NCBI GenBank assembly: GCA_964016885.1
Contig: OZ024747.1
Coordinates: forward strand, 73,842,001-73,906,000
Length of the DNA stretch: 64,000 nucleotides
DNA from: Eledone cirrhosa
Lineage: Eukaryota
Direction of reading: 5' to 3'
Numbering within the stretch: position 1 is the stretch's first letter; each line of letters begins with the position of its first letter. Below, in pieces: positions 26,711 to 38,253 of the stretch. A program made the position numbers and the translations under genes. The notes beneath the pieces are model-generated. The model did not search any database, had not been told where the DNA came from, and saw nothing but the letters and a program-made list of their open reading frames with translations.

Positions 26711-28157
26711 ACATTGATGGAGAGCTCCTCTAAGACAATTCATTGTTTCGAATAACATAATAGTGAATATAATTATGGTTTTCAGTAGCTTTAAACAATG
26801 ACCATTGCATTGGATGAAGAGAATGCACGTCCCATTAAATTAATCTGTATCTGACTAGTTCTAGTTATAACTCAATTAACAAAGCGAGTCATCGTAACAT
26901 AAAATGTAACAAGCATAGAATTTGAAATAAGATTGGACTTCCGGCTTTCTTATGACAGAAGTCATGATCACCCAGACAAGCCTGCGTCAATATATCAATA
27001 GCATTTCATGTGGACGTCCAATCACTATTCAGTTTCTCATTCTTTTCTTCTTCGGAAAGTCACAGACTTTACGTTCATAATCAGAAATGAATTGCAATGT
27101 TCGATTATTAAGAAAAGGAAAAGAAGCAGCTCATTTAGTTGTATTTGCACCTAATTTACCACATTTAGAATCCCTCATTTCAGCAATCCTCTGTCAATAC
27201 ATGAAATATAATAAAATGCGTTTAATTATAAAGAATGAACTTTAAAAAGAAACATAATTTTCATTGATTAGTTGTTTCTCTACATGACTCAGTAATGTCG
27301 AACAACGATAAATATAACAATTATTGTATCACCAGTAATTGAAGTACAAATTAAATCATTAAAACATTGGTCCTTACTTCTTACCCTGCTATGTTTGTTT
27401 GAAGATATATTCTTTGGTTGACTAAATTTAATTGAAAGTTATACAAAAATTGAAGAAGAAGAAGTCTTTCAGGCAATGAGTCAAACATCGTATGTTAAAA
27501 AGAATGAAAATATATATAAAGTTCTGAAGATATATATAAAGTTCTGAAGAACTTGAGTTGATATCATTATAATATAAATCTAAAATATTCAAATTGAATT
27601 GAACGAGGACAATGTAATATCTGTGATATATATTTTTTCTAAACACGTCTTGGTTGATGTGATCTCCCAGTACACACAGTCACAGAAACTCAGGTTTCTA
27701 AAGATATATTTTTAAAGAGAGGATGATTTTCCTTCTTTTCCTCAGAGTATTAATGACGCAATTGCAATGGAATGACGACAATTAAATATCTAAAGACGGT
27801 CACTGATGTTTCATACTACATTCATTAGAATATAATCAAAAGAATCCTTCAGGCCTATTCCTTATCTAGCGAAATCGCTGAAATCAGTGATGGACGTCTA
27901 GTTAGTTCTATTTCTACAGCGCTGTTAACCCATTGGATTGGAGGTGAATTGGCAGAATTGTTCGAACGTCGGATGGAATGATTTGCGGAATTCAATCTGG
28001 ATATCTGCACTGTGGTTCAATAGATGCTGAGATCAATTTTGCAATTCATCGTTTCGAGGTCAAAATAAAAAGAACCAATCCAGTATCGGGTCGGTTTCAT
28101 TTCTCTCTAATCTTTTTCTCACTGTCTCTTTTTCATATTCGTTCTTATTCTCTGAAG

Positions 28158-28350
28158 GGAACCTGCTGTGTTCAGACCTGGTTATGGTGGGCGTCGCCAT
28201 ATTAAAAGAATGCCCAAGAAACACCGTAAACCAATATGGCGCCCCTATGTCTCTAGTATAAGTTACGGGTCCATACATACATTAATGTACTGGAATATAT
28301 CGAACAGCACGTCTCTTCTGACGTCTTTTTTTTTTGCAGCGAAACAATAG
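28158..28350 (+). CDS. Candidate exon encoding basic peptide EPAVFRPGYGGRRHIKRMPKKHRKPIWRPY...
   Basis: Long polypyrimidine tract ending in AAG, non-repetitive open frame; no recognised homology. Confidence 0.2.
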
Positions 28351-28687
28351 AGGTACTTTGAAAATTGGAATGTTCGCATCCAACATTATGTCAGCTGAAA
28401 GCATGTATTGGTGTGTATTGTGTATTATTATCCATTTTTATATTTCTCTTCTTTGATGTCATGTTAGAAGCAGTTTGTGCAAGCCTTGCCTATTATTATA
28501 AATCATGTTGCAATAGTGTTTACTACACTTGCTACGTATTTGTTCTACTGATATTTGTTATGATAATACTGATGTTGAATAGGTTCTGCTTGCTATCCAG
28601 GCATTCTACACTCCCTTCTCCTGTTGTTATTTGGCCGACAAAGCTTTATTGGGATTGCTCTTGCAGATACGACATATGTTGTTATTG

Positions 28688-29005
28688 TTGATGGTGATGA
28701 TGATGATGATGGTGATGAGGACGATGATGGTGATGAGGATGAGAATGATGATGATGACAGTTATGATGAGTATGATGATGATAACGAGGATGTTGGCAGT
28801 GGTGGTGGTGATGATGGTAATGATGATGGCGATGATTGTGTTGATGAAGAGTATGATGGTGAAGACGACGACGACGACGATGATGATGATGATGGTGGTG
28901 GTAATGATGACGTAAATGATAATAATAACGATGATGGTGGCGGTGGTGATAGTGGTGATGATGATGATGGTGCTGCTGGTGATGATGATGATCACGACGA
29001 CGACG
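28688..29005. repeat. Degenerate (GAT/GAC/GGT)n low-complexity tract
   Basis: Directly visible. Confidence 0.85.
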
Positions 29006-29061
29006 ATATACCCTCCCCCCCATATATACAACATGGATTACAGGTTTTGAACATTTTCAAA

Positions 29062-29360
29062 GTAGGTTTATAATTATGAATTTCCTAAGATTTTTGTAGT
29101 TGTCTCTGTGGCCTACCGGTAGGTACTAGAGGCGGTGGAGATCCTGCCCTTCGGTTCAATCCTGGTCAAGAGGTACGTGTAAACTTTTTCAGTTTTTATT
29201 TTACAACCAATATAAAAAAAAAACTGTAAAGGATTATCGGGAACCCTACTGCTGACCAGTTTCGAACTTCAGACCAGGATCACCACCGTCTATGCTTCCT
29301 CCCACTAGGCCACCGAGACCGCTACAAAAGTCTATGGAAAATTGATAATTATAAACCTAC
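29062..29360. mobile_element. MITE-like fold-back with tRNA-like heads in both arms
   Basis: GTAGGTTTATAATTAT...ATAATTATAAACCTAC termini; ~100-bp imperfect arms; left arm has TGGCCTACCGG and GGTTCAATCC. Confidence 0.6.
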
Positions 29361-30352
29361 ATTCTCAAAATCAAAGTTAAAAAGTTGTTTTTGTCGTTCA
29401 TGGCTTTCCGAGAGCTATTAGTAATATTTAGGGTCGACTTCTGGTCCTTATTGAGAGTCCCTGGATTTTGCAATATACATAATATTTTTTATTGGAGAAG
29501 GTAAGATATTTTTTCGCAAAAATTTGATTGCCCTCTTTTGTTTTCACTAACGTATTTTTCGAAAATGTTATTTATTCATTATAAAAATTAAATGATAGCA
29601 TTCTATATGTAGGTGGACCCCCTTCATCTCCTGGCAACCAATATTTTTAGGCCCAGTCCGCCACTGTGTACATATATATATCGTCAATTGAATAGTATTT
29701 AGACATAATCATATAAAGAGCAAAAAAATAAATACTGAAATCTAGAAACTGAGAAATTCACTAAGGTCTGGAGTAGAATTGTATAGAAGGTGTATTGTAT
29801 TATTTAAGTGTGGAAGTATATAAATTGTATATATATGTTTCTGTTTGTCTATGTATGCGTGTGTGAGTGTCTGGTTGTGTGTGTGTGTGTATACCTCCGA
29901 AGTATATATTCGACTGGGCCTTATCTTTTAAATCATCAGGATGTAATATGAGAATCATTTGCACATTTTTTCTAGCACCTTAAGCGTCCATGTAGAGTCA
30001 TTTTCGATGAACTCCTGTAGCAAGCAGTTTAAAGGCAATAATATATCGGTTAAATTCTTCAAGTTGTCCATTACGAGCAAAACAGAAATCAATCGTTGAT
30101 TTATGTTCCAAGTTATTTTAGTAGCTTGTCAATATTTCTTCTGTTATTCCTGCAATTTCAATTAGATAATGATTGAATATCAACACGTATTTGAGAGAAT
30201 GAAATGTGATACTAGTTGTTGTCTGTAGGAAGAGTGGCAGAGAAGTAGAAAACAAACGTGTGTGAATAATAAAGTCGTAATACGGCAGACATGAGAAGAT
30301 ATGAGTGAATAGAAAGAGAAAGATATGTATAAATGTATGTGTACGTGAGTCA

Positions 30353-30397
<45 letters not shown>

Positions 30398-30437
30398 TAC
30401 ATACACACACAAACATAAACGCACACATACACACAAA

Positions 30438-30493
<56 letters not shown>

Positions 30494-30532
30494 AACACAC
30501 ATATGAGAAACAAATAAAGCATCAGTTTCAGC

Positions 30533-30787
30533 ATGGAACATCCCACCAAATCACGGCCCCTCGCCCTGCTCGAGTTCAGACTGGACATCACTGAAAGGGG
30601 TGAAATCCACACCAATTTCTACCGCCAAGCGACCAGAAGGGATCTTTTCGTCCACTACAAATCTGTGATCCGCAACGGGTCTAAAAGTAGGTACATTTCT
30701 TATATGATTGCTTGCATACGTAACAGATACAACAACGTTACGAATAGAGCCACCCATATCAGACTCTACACAAGGCTGAAAAATTGA
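30533..30787 (+). pseudogene. Fragment of Penelope-like reverse transcriptase (C-terminal RT/thumb)
   Basis: LALLEFRLDI...IHTNFYRQATRRDLFVHYKS resembles the PLE motif FLD..I....T..YRKPT....LH..S. Confidence 0.55.
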
Positions 30788-31164
30788 TTTACAACTGGTA
30801 GATGTTAGATGAGCAACTTAAATTCAGGGCAAAAGAAATGTGGAAAATAGAGAAAGTATATATATATATATATATATATATGTAGCTTGACCCTCCCTAT
30901 TTTAAACAACAATCATTGCCCCATCACTGGTTAGGCACATGCACTCATGTCTATTGTTACATAAAAAAAGGTAAGGTGGTGATATAGAACTATAAAGAGA
31001 AAAAGAATAGCATGTGTACATACTGAGCGGTTAGTATATATATAGAAAAAGAAATATATTGATAACTAGGTAACTAAATAAGTACGTATACATCCACACA
31101 CTTACATACATATATACATACATACATACATAAACACACACACACATATATATATATATATATG

Positions 31165-31285
31165 AAGGCGTGTGGCTGAGTGGTTAGAGAATTGGATTCG
31201 CAATCGTAAGGTTGTGAGTTAGATTCCGGGACCAGGCGATGCGTTATGTCCTTCAGCAAGACACTTTATTTCACGTTGCTCCTTC
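31165..31285 (+). mobile_element. SINE family B (tRNA head plus CORE-like box)
   Basis: TGGCTGAGTGG A-box, GAGTTAGATTCC B-box-like, TGTCCTTCAGCAAGACACTT. Confidence 0.7.
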
Positions 31286-32156
31286 TACCTTGAGTTGCGA
31301 CCGATAGATAGTATTAGCAATTGGAAAGACCAACGGAAACATTGTTCCCTCGGTCCGATTTGACGAAAGTCGATCGTCTATTCATATATATATATATATA
31401 TACATCCACATACATACATACACACACATACACACACATATATATATATATATATATACTTACACACAGAGAATCGCGAGAGAAATGAGAAATGTGAAAG
31501 TAGATTTTATGTAGTGTCGGGTTGAATTATCAATAGGAATATAGTAAAACCCATTTATCGTAAAGCTAGCTAACAATATATTTGTTTAGTGTTTGACTAT
31601 AACAGTGTACAGAGGAATCCCCAAGAGTATCAATACATTAACATATTACTAATGCAAACTCGTAATGGAGATCGAACCACAACGCTGATATACATATAAA
31701 AAGAATGCTATTTTTCGATGCAAAGATTTTAGTGCTTGAGAGAGCGTTCCGTCTGAATGTATTTTATTTCACACATAAATCTTACCAGAAGTAATAAAAG
31801 AATGCAAACTAACAAACTGGGTTACTGAATATTCTTTGAAAGGAAAGGTATTATATTGGGGCAATATTTATCACTTCACAGCATCGTCATCTAAAGGAGT
31901 TTAAATATATGAAAACATGTTTAGAATTATTGTGTAGCATGATTTATAGTTTTTCAAAATATTGATATCTTTCGATAAAGAACAAGTAAATTGTAAGATC
32001 AAATACAGAGTATTAATATGTATATACATAGGGAGAGAATTCGTAATATAAAGTGCATAGACGTGCTTACCTAATCATAGATTACATAAGAAGATATGGG
32101 AAGCAATTCAGGACAGTGGAAGTGATCTTGACAAGCGGAAACATAGGTACACATAC

Positions 32157-32302
32157 TCCGACTGTCGTAGGTATGGGTCGTAGAAGAAGAAGAAGAAGAA
32201 GAAGAAGGTTAGGACGTCGAATAGAGTGCTTTGCGGAGTTGTCGGCAGGAGTTTGTAATTCATCGATTGATCTTCCCATGTCATTTATCAAGCTGGTTCT
32301 GC
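32157..32302 (-). CDS. Candidate exon (phase 1 to 0): RTSLINDMGRSIDELQTPADNSAKHSIRRPNLLLLLLLLLRPIPTTVG
   Basis: Acceptor CTTTAACTTTCAG, donor GA|GTATGT, only one frame open from the acceptor. Confidence 0.25.
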
Positions 32303-33129
32303 CTGAAAGTTAAAGTAAACTACTGGCGAATACGGACCGCTTACTCGTTAATTCATGTCGGATATATTCCTGATCGAACGGCTACATGCTCATCGCCTAC
32401 AGCGACGTAGAATCATAACACCATACAATATATTTTTATTAATATCAAACATCTTCTCAACTACAACCTCTTTGACGTACTAGTAATCTCCGCTAGGAGG
32501 CCAATATAGAACTCTCTTTCCTACTAAGATAAATAGACAACATTTCTAAAGTATTTTTACTCGATCGTATTGATCTTGGTTCATATTTCTTAAGGTCTGG
32601 TACTTATTTTATAGCTCTCTATTTCTCAAACTGTGAGATTGCGGGATATAAACAAACAGTAATGGTAGATATAGGCATGAACATACACACATAAATACAG
32701 ATGCACAAACACACACGAGCATACATACACACACACACAGATTTTATATTTTTTCTTAACCCTGCATATGAATATCCGTTTTCACTGCCATGGCTTTTCC
32801 CAGTGTTTCTTCCCATTCTTTCATATTATCTCTACACATTCTCGCCTCAATGTGCATCACTTGTGATGCCTTTTCTTCCCTTATTTAATGGGAGGAAAGA
32901 AAAAAAAGTCTACTCTTATCACGTTTCTCGTTAAAGTAAGCTATGGCACATAATTGACCTCCATATCTCAACCTTATCCCGTATGCTTCCTCTCATATCA
33001 TATCGCGCTTGCCTTTTCATTTCCCTCCAGTATTCCGAGTACAGCAAGGTATTTAATCTGTTCTTACCCTTTCTGCCACTTCACTGCCTTTAAGTATTAG
33101 TAGCAGTAGTGGTATTATTATTATTATTA

Positions 33130-33278
33130 TTTTATATTTTTATATTTTCATTGTTAAATTAGTCTTGCCATTGTGCACTTTTACTCGACCTTATTGTAAA
33201 CCCCCACTGTCCCTGTCTTTGTATTGTCCCCTACATGTCGGCCCTTGTGACTAATAAATGAAATCATTATTATTATTG
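33130..33278 (+). mobile_element. Isolated 3' UTR/tail of the Tx1-like LINE family
   Basis: Near-identical to 35720-35830 (CCACTGTCCC..TGTATTGTCCCCTA..TGTCGGCCCTTGTG..AATAAATGAAATCATTATTATT). Confidence 0.8.
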
Positions 33279-33615
33279 GTCTAAGCGGACGTATTTTTCT
33301 CGCTCACAGCAAGTCGCTTTATTTGCCTGTTAAAATTATTTGTTGTTAAATATTTATTGTTGTGTAAGGGATATAAGCCCTTAGACTTTTTTTTTACATG
33401 TTAAAAAATTTACGAAGAAAAAAAAACATGGCTGAGCCACGCCCCCCAGCGATATGTCGGCTGTCGTGCGACAACAACGTAGAAGTTGAGAGGAGCGCTA
33501 CAGCGAAATTAACACACATTGATAACACAAACACCACCACAAACAAGGTAAACAAAGACACCAATGATACCAATAAGAACAAAATTATTGTTATAAAAAT
33601 GACAGTAACAGTTCT

Positions 33616-35830
33616 GTGAGCCGGGGCGTAGTGACGCTGATAAGGAAAGACGAGAACAAGAGGGACACATTAGACAATTTCAGGCCCATAACTCTGCTCA
33701 ACACAGAGTTTAAGATTTTGGTCAGGGTGTTAGCGAAGAGGTTGGCGCTTGTCGTCGGGGATTTGGTTGGGGAGGCGCAAACTTGTGCAATCCCAACCAG
33801 GTCCATACACGACAACCTCCACCTAATGCGATACATCATAGAGAGGGTAGGGTGTAATCCTGGCTTCGGTGGGACTCTGATCAACTTAGATCAATCGAAA
33901 GCATTCGATAGGGTCGACCATCGGTACCTGGAGGCTGTCCTCCAGGCGGCTGGATTCGGCCCGTCTTCAGAAGCTGGATCGCTGCAATGCACAGCGGCAC
34001 CTGCTCGATGGTCAAAATTAATGACCACCTCTCGGAACCGTTTCAGGTCTCCCGATCGGTCCGTCAAGGGTGCCCTCTCTCCTCCCTTCTGTACGTATAG
34101 ACTCTCGAGCCTTTAGTGCGGAAGCTGGAGCTGTTGCAGGGCATCCCGCTCGAACCGGGACGCGGAAAGGCTGTGTCGGCTTATGCGGACGACATCACCG
34201 TGATGGTGTCGGACACCTCAGAAATCGAGGTGGTCGGCAACTTATTGGAGGAATATGAAAGGTTGACGGGAGCAAAGCTTAACCTGGAAAAGTCAGTGGG
34301 CTTGCAACTCGGCACCTGGAGAGGCAAGTCCATGCCGTCCAACAGCGTCGTTAGGCGCTGGACGGACGGACCGGTAAAGTTGCTAGGGGTTGGTTCGGGC
34401 CAGACCTCCAGGTGGATAAGAATTGGGACGAGGTGACGGGCAGGGTAGTCAGTCTCACCCAGAAATGGGCTGGGAGGAAGCTATCACTGAAAGGTCGGAC
34501 GGTGGTGGCGAACGCGTACATCGCGTCCGTCATCTACTACCGTCTGACTGTCGTCCCTTGCCCCCGTTCGCGCCTCGCCATCTTGGAGCGGCTCCTCTTC
34601 AAATCTTGTGGATGGGTCAGGTTCCGCTGGTGAGGCGGTCCATCTGCTGCCAGCACCCTCTACGTGGAGGGCTGGGCATGCCGTGGCTAATGATGCGCAG
34701 GCACGCGCTGAGGCTGCGTCATCTCCAGATATTCTGCCTAAACGGTGAACAAGTGTGGTCGCCGTTTGTCAGACGGGCCTTTCCGCAGATCGTTTCTTTG
34801 ACTGAGTTGCAGTCCTGGGTCAAGAAGACACCGAGACTGGGTGACTGGCATCTGGAATGTTGCCAGGCACCTAATGCCCTCTACCAGGCGGGCAATGCGG
34901 TCAGTGGAACTTCCACTCTCGAGTTCTATAGAGGATTAGTGGTGGGCAAGTGCGACGACGCACTCGGAGAGGCTCTGGGAGTCAACGAAGTCGAACTAAC
35001 CAATCTGTACCGGAGTACTTTCGAGCCGGGGACAATGGATAATTTCCAAAAATCCCTCGCTTGGCAGTGCTACCGGGGGGGAGATAAACTCTACAGGCAC
35101 GGAAGTGCTGTCAAACGGACCTGCCCGAGATGCGCGCAGAGCGACGAAACCGTTCTGCACGTACTCGTCCAGTGTCCGTGCATTACTGACTTGTGGAGTT
35201 ATGTTGAACAGCTGTTGTCGCGTGTAGAACGGATCCGGCTATCGGCCGAGTCCATAGTGAAGATCGACCCGCCGCCTTCTTTTGGCCAGGAAGAGCAGGC
35301 AATTTTCCTCTGTCTGGTGGTAGTAGAGAAAGAGGTTGTATGGTGGACGAGGTTGAAAGGACTGAAGACAGACACTTTTCTCTTCGGCCAATCCCTCATC
35401 AACTTTTTCAAGTTTCACTTGGAAAGGAAGGTGATGGTGGAGAGAGAAGTGCTGCCCCCCAGTACATTTGCTGAAAGGTGGGTGAATGTGGCGAGAATGG
35501 CCCGTGTGAATGGGCCTACTCTGGTCATGCGGCTGTTGGTAGGTAAATTTGAAGAGGAGAGGTGTGCCATTCCAGGGTGCTCTCGAAGCGTCGGGTCGTT
35601 CAGGACTGGTGGTGTACCTGAGCGAACCCTAGGTGGTCATCCCCCCTATTGGGGAATTTTTTCTTGTTGTAATTTTCTTGTTACTTTATTGTTACTTTGT
35701 TATTGTTACTTTGTTATTGTTATTCATATTGTTTACTCGATTTTTCTGTAAAACTCCACTGTCCCAGTCTTTTGTATTGTCCCCTATATGTCGGCCCTTG
35801 TGGCCAATAAATGAAATCATTATTATTATT
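33616..35830 (+). mobile_element. 5'-truncated, frameshifted L1/Tx1-clade LINE (ORF2 RT, C-terminal Zn knuckle, 3' UTR)
   Basis: NFRPITLLNTEFKIL, DQSKAFDRVDH, VRQGCPLSP (shifted frame), YADD, CPRC-x8-HxxxxC; AATAAA then (ATT)n tail; GC-rich island. Confidence 0.93.
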
Positions 35831-36392
35831 AGTAGTAGTAGTAGTAGTAGCAGCAGCAGCAGCACAACGTGGATATTAATAGTCGCTTTGTTAAAAATAG
35901 AGGCTTAATAATTTAGAAATATAACGTCAAGTACGTTACAGGTTCTCTATTTTCAGTTACCCTGTAAGAGTGAAAGACAATTCTAACCCGGGTGGGATTT
36001 GAATTCAGAACCTAAAGGGACCTATATGAGCAAAGCATTTTATCAACTGCTCTAACAAATTCTTCCTACCACCACCATTACTATGTGTTTCTGATTTAGG
36101 CACAAGTCCAACAATTTTGGAAAAGTCGATTAAATCGACCGCAGTATGTAACTGGTACGTTATTTCATAGACCCCCGTAAAGATAAATTAACATTGGCAC
36201 AAGGGTAACAGTTTGTTTTGGAGAAGAGGAAAGTTGATTATATGTATTTCAGTACTTTTATAGGTAGTTTAATTTATTGACGAAAGATGATAAAAGCCTA
36301 ACTCAACCCCAAAGTAAGGGGCCGATACAAATACTGCAAGTCATCTTTTCCACACTTGAAATATTCTTTCTATGTACCAGACAGACTGTAGG

Positions 36393-36730
36393 GGCTGGTG
36401 GTGCTGGTGGTGCCGGTGGTGGTGCTGGTGGTGGTGCTGGTGGTGGTGGTTGTGGTGGTGCTGGTGGTGGTGCTGGTGATGGTGGTGGTGCCTGTGGTGC
36501 TGGTGGTGGTGCTGGTGGTGGTGCTGGTGGTGGTGCTGGTGGTGGTGGTGGTGATGCTGCTGGTGGTGCTGGTGGTGATGCTGCTGGTGGTGCTGGTGAT
36601 GCTGCTGGTGGTGGTGGTGCTGGTGGTGGTGCTGGTGGTGGTGCTGGTGGTGGTGGTGCTGGTGGTGGTGCTGCTGGTGGTGGTGGTGCTGGTGCTGCTG
36701 GTGGTGGTGGTGGTGCTGGTGGTGGTGCCT
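36393..36730. repeat. (GGT/GCT)n trinucleotide array
   Basis: Directly visible. Confidence 0.9.
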
Positions 36731-38058
36731 GTGTTGATTGTGTATTTTAAACATTCACAAAAGCTGCTTCAAAAGTCAGTAATATTTATACTTAGCAAAA
36801 TGTGCGTTACATTTTCCTCTCTTCCTTTTTGCTACGAAGTCTTTAGTTAATATGATGAAGGTTTTTGTCATCAAGTTGTATGTTCCAGCTGTCGTCGCTT
36901 CCATAGATTTCTCTATCCTTCGTTTTTATGTGCCCAAACGAGGCAAAAAAAGGAAATGAAATTCCTCACCTTTCTTTACACTACTTCTATTTAAATGAAC
37001 ATCGGAATTTTGAAAAGAAATCAACAAATTATAATCCAAAAAATATTAGCACATGTATACACATCTTGTCAGAACAACAACCATAACCATTATCATCATC
37101 AGGATCAGCACAATATTAACAACAACAACAACAACAAAGAACACAATACTCCCAATAATATGGTTAATAAACAAAACGATATTAATCAAAATGTGTTTAA
37201 TTATTTCCCAAAATCCTTTAAAAAATAAAGAAAAAACAATTATGTAAAAAATCTATTAATATCAAATTTCTTCTCCTCAAGATAAACAAGGTAGAAATGA
37301 ACGTGTGTGTGCATATGTGCTACACTTTGGTAGGGTAATTTATGTTTAGGGAATTTTCAATATAGTCTAATACAGACTTTTAAGTTTAATCTTGAGAGTA
37401 AATTCATGAGATGCTTCGTTGTCATTCATCCATTTTCTAATCAGTTTCTGGAGAATTTCTTAAGCAAAGTTCAGCGTAATTGAAATGGGATAAAGAAACG
37501 AGATAAATACAGTAAACATATCGATAATATCAAAAACAAAATAAAGAAATATTTTATATTTTAATTAAGATGAGAATTCTTTCATTGTAATTTGTTTAAT
37601 ATGAGTGTGGTGGTGGTGGTGGTGGTGGTGGAGAGTAACTGTCTTATTGAATGTTAATTTTTTTTACAATTCAAATTTCCAGGCTTTTGAAATTGCTTAT
37701 CATAAGTGATTAATTAAAAACAAAATTATTATTTTCTCAAAGAATAATTATCCAGAAGTTAGACGTTGTTTTAGAATTACCATAGCTGTGATTGCAGACA
37801 CAGATATAGAAATAAAGAGCCAACAGGCAGTATGATAAGAAAGGGGAGGAGATATCCTGATGAAAGTCGAAAGCAGGTATATATTTACACAACACACGCA
37901 CACAGAGTCTCTCTCTCTTTCTCTCACACACACACATGTCAGTTAGATGGTGTTCCGCGGTTCGTCACGTGAGGGTTGTATTCCAGAGGTAAGACGACTG
38001 TACACTGCAGAGTGTCAATAGACTAAGTAGAGTTGAAGTCAGTGTTGCAGTTTGTCTG

Positions 38059-38173
38059 CAATATTTATTGGTATATTACAATTGTTTCAATATCGATAAC
38101 CTCAGGGTACAATGAAAGTGACGGGACCCGATTCTTCTGAGTCGAAACAATTGAAATATGCCAATAAATATTG
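38059..38173. repeat. Short inverted repeat carrying GAAAC-AATT-GTA...AATAAA
   Basis: 38059-38088 is roughly the reverse complement of 38144-38173. Confidence 0.55.
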
Positions 38174-38205
38174 TACACATACGACGATTCTACTCTCTCT
38201 CTCTC

Positions 38206-38253
<48 letters not shown>

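Noticed and set aside
29650-29666. hAT-like TIR (CAGTGGCGGACTGGGCC on -)
   Set aside because: No matching second TIR or 8-bp TSD found
37850-37885. CTGATGA..GAAA (similar hits at 43132 and 58354, and on the minus strand near 44670)
   Set aside because: Helices I-III do not all form, so likely chance or heavily decayed motifs
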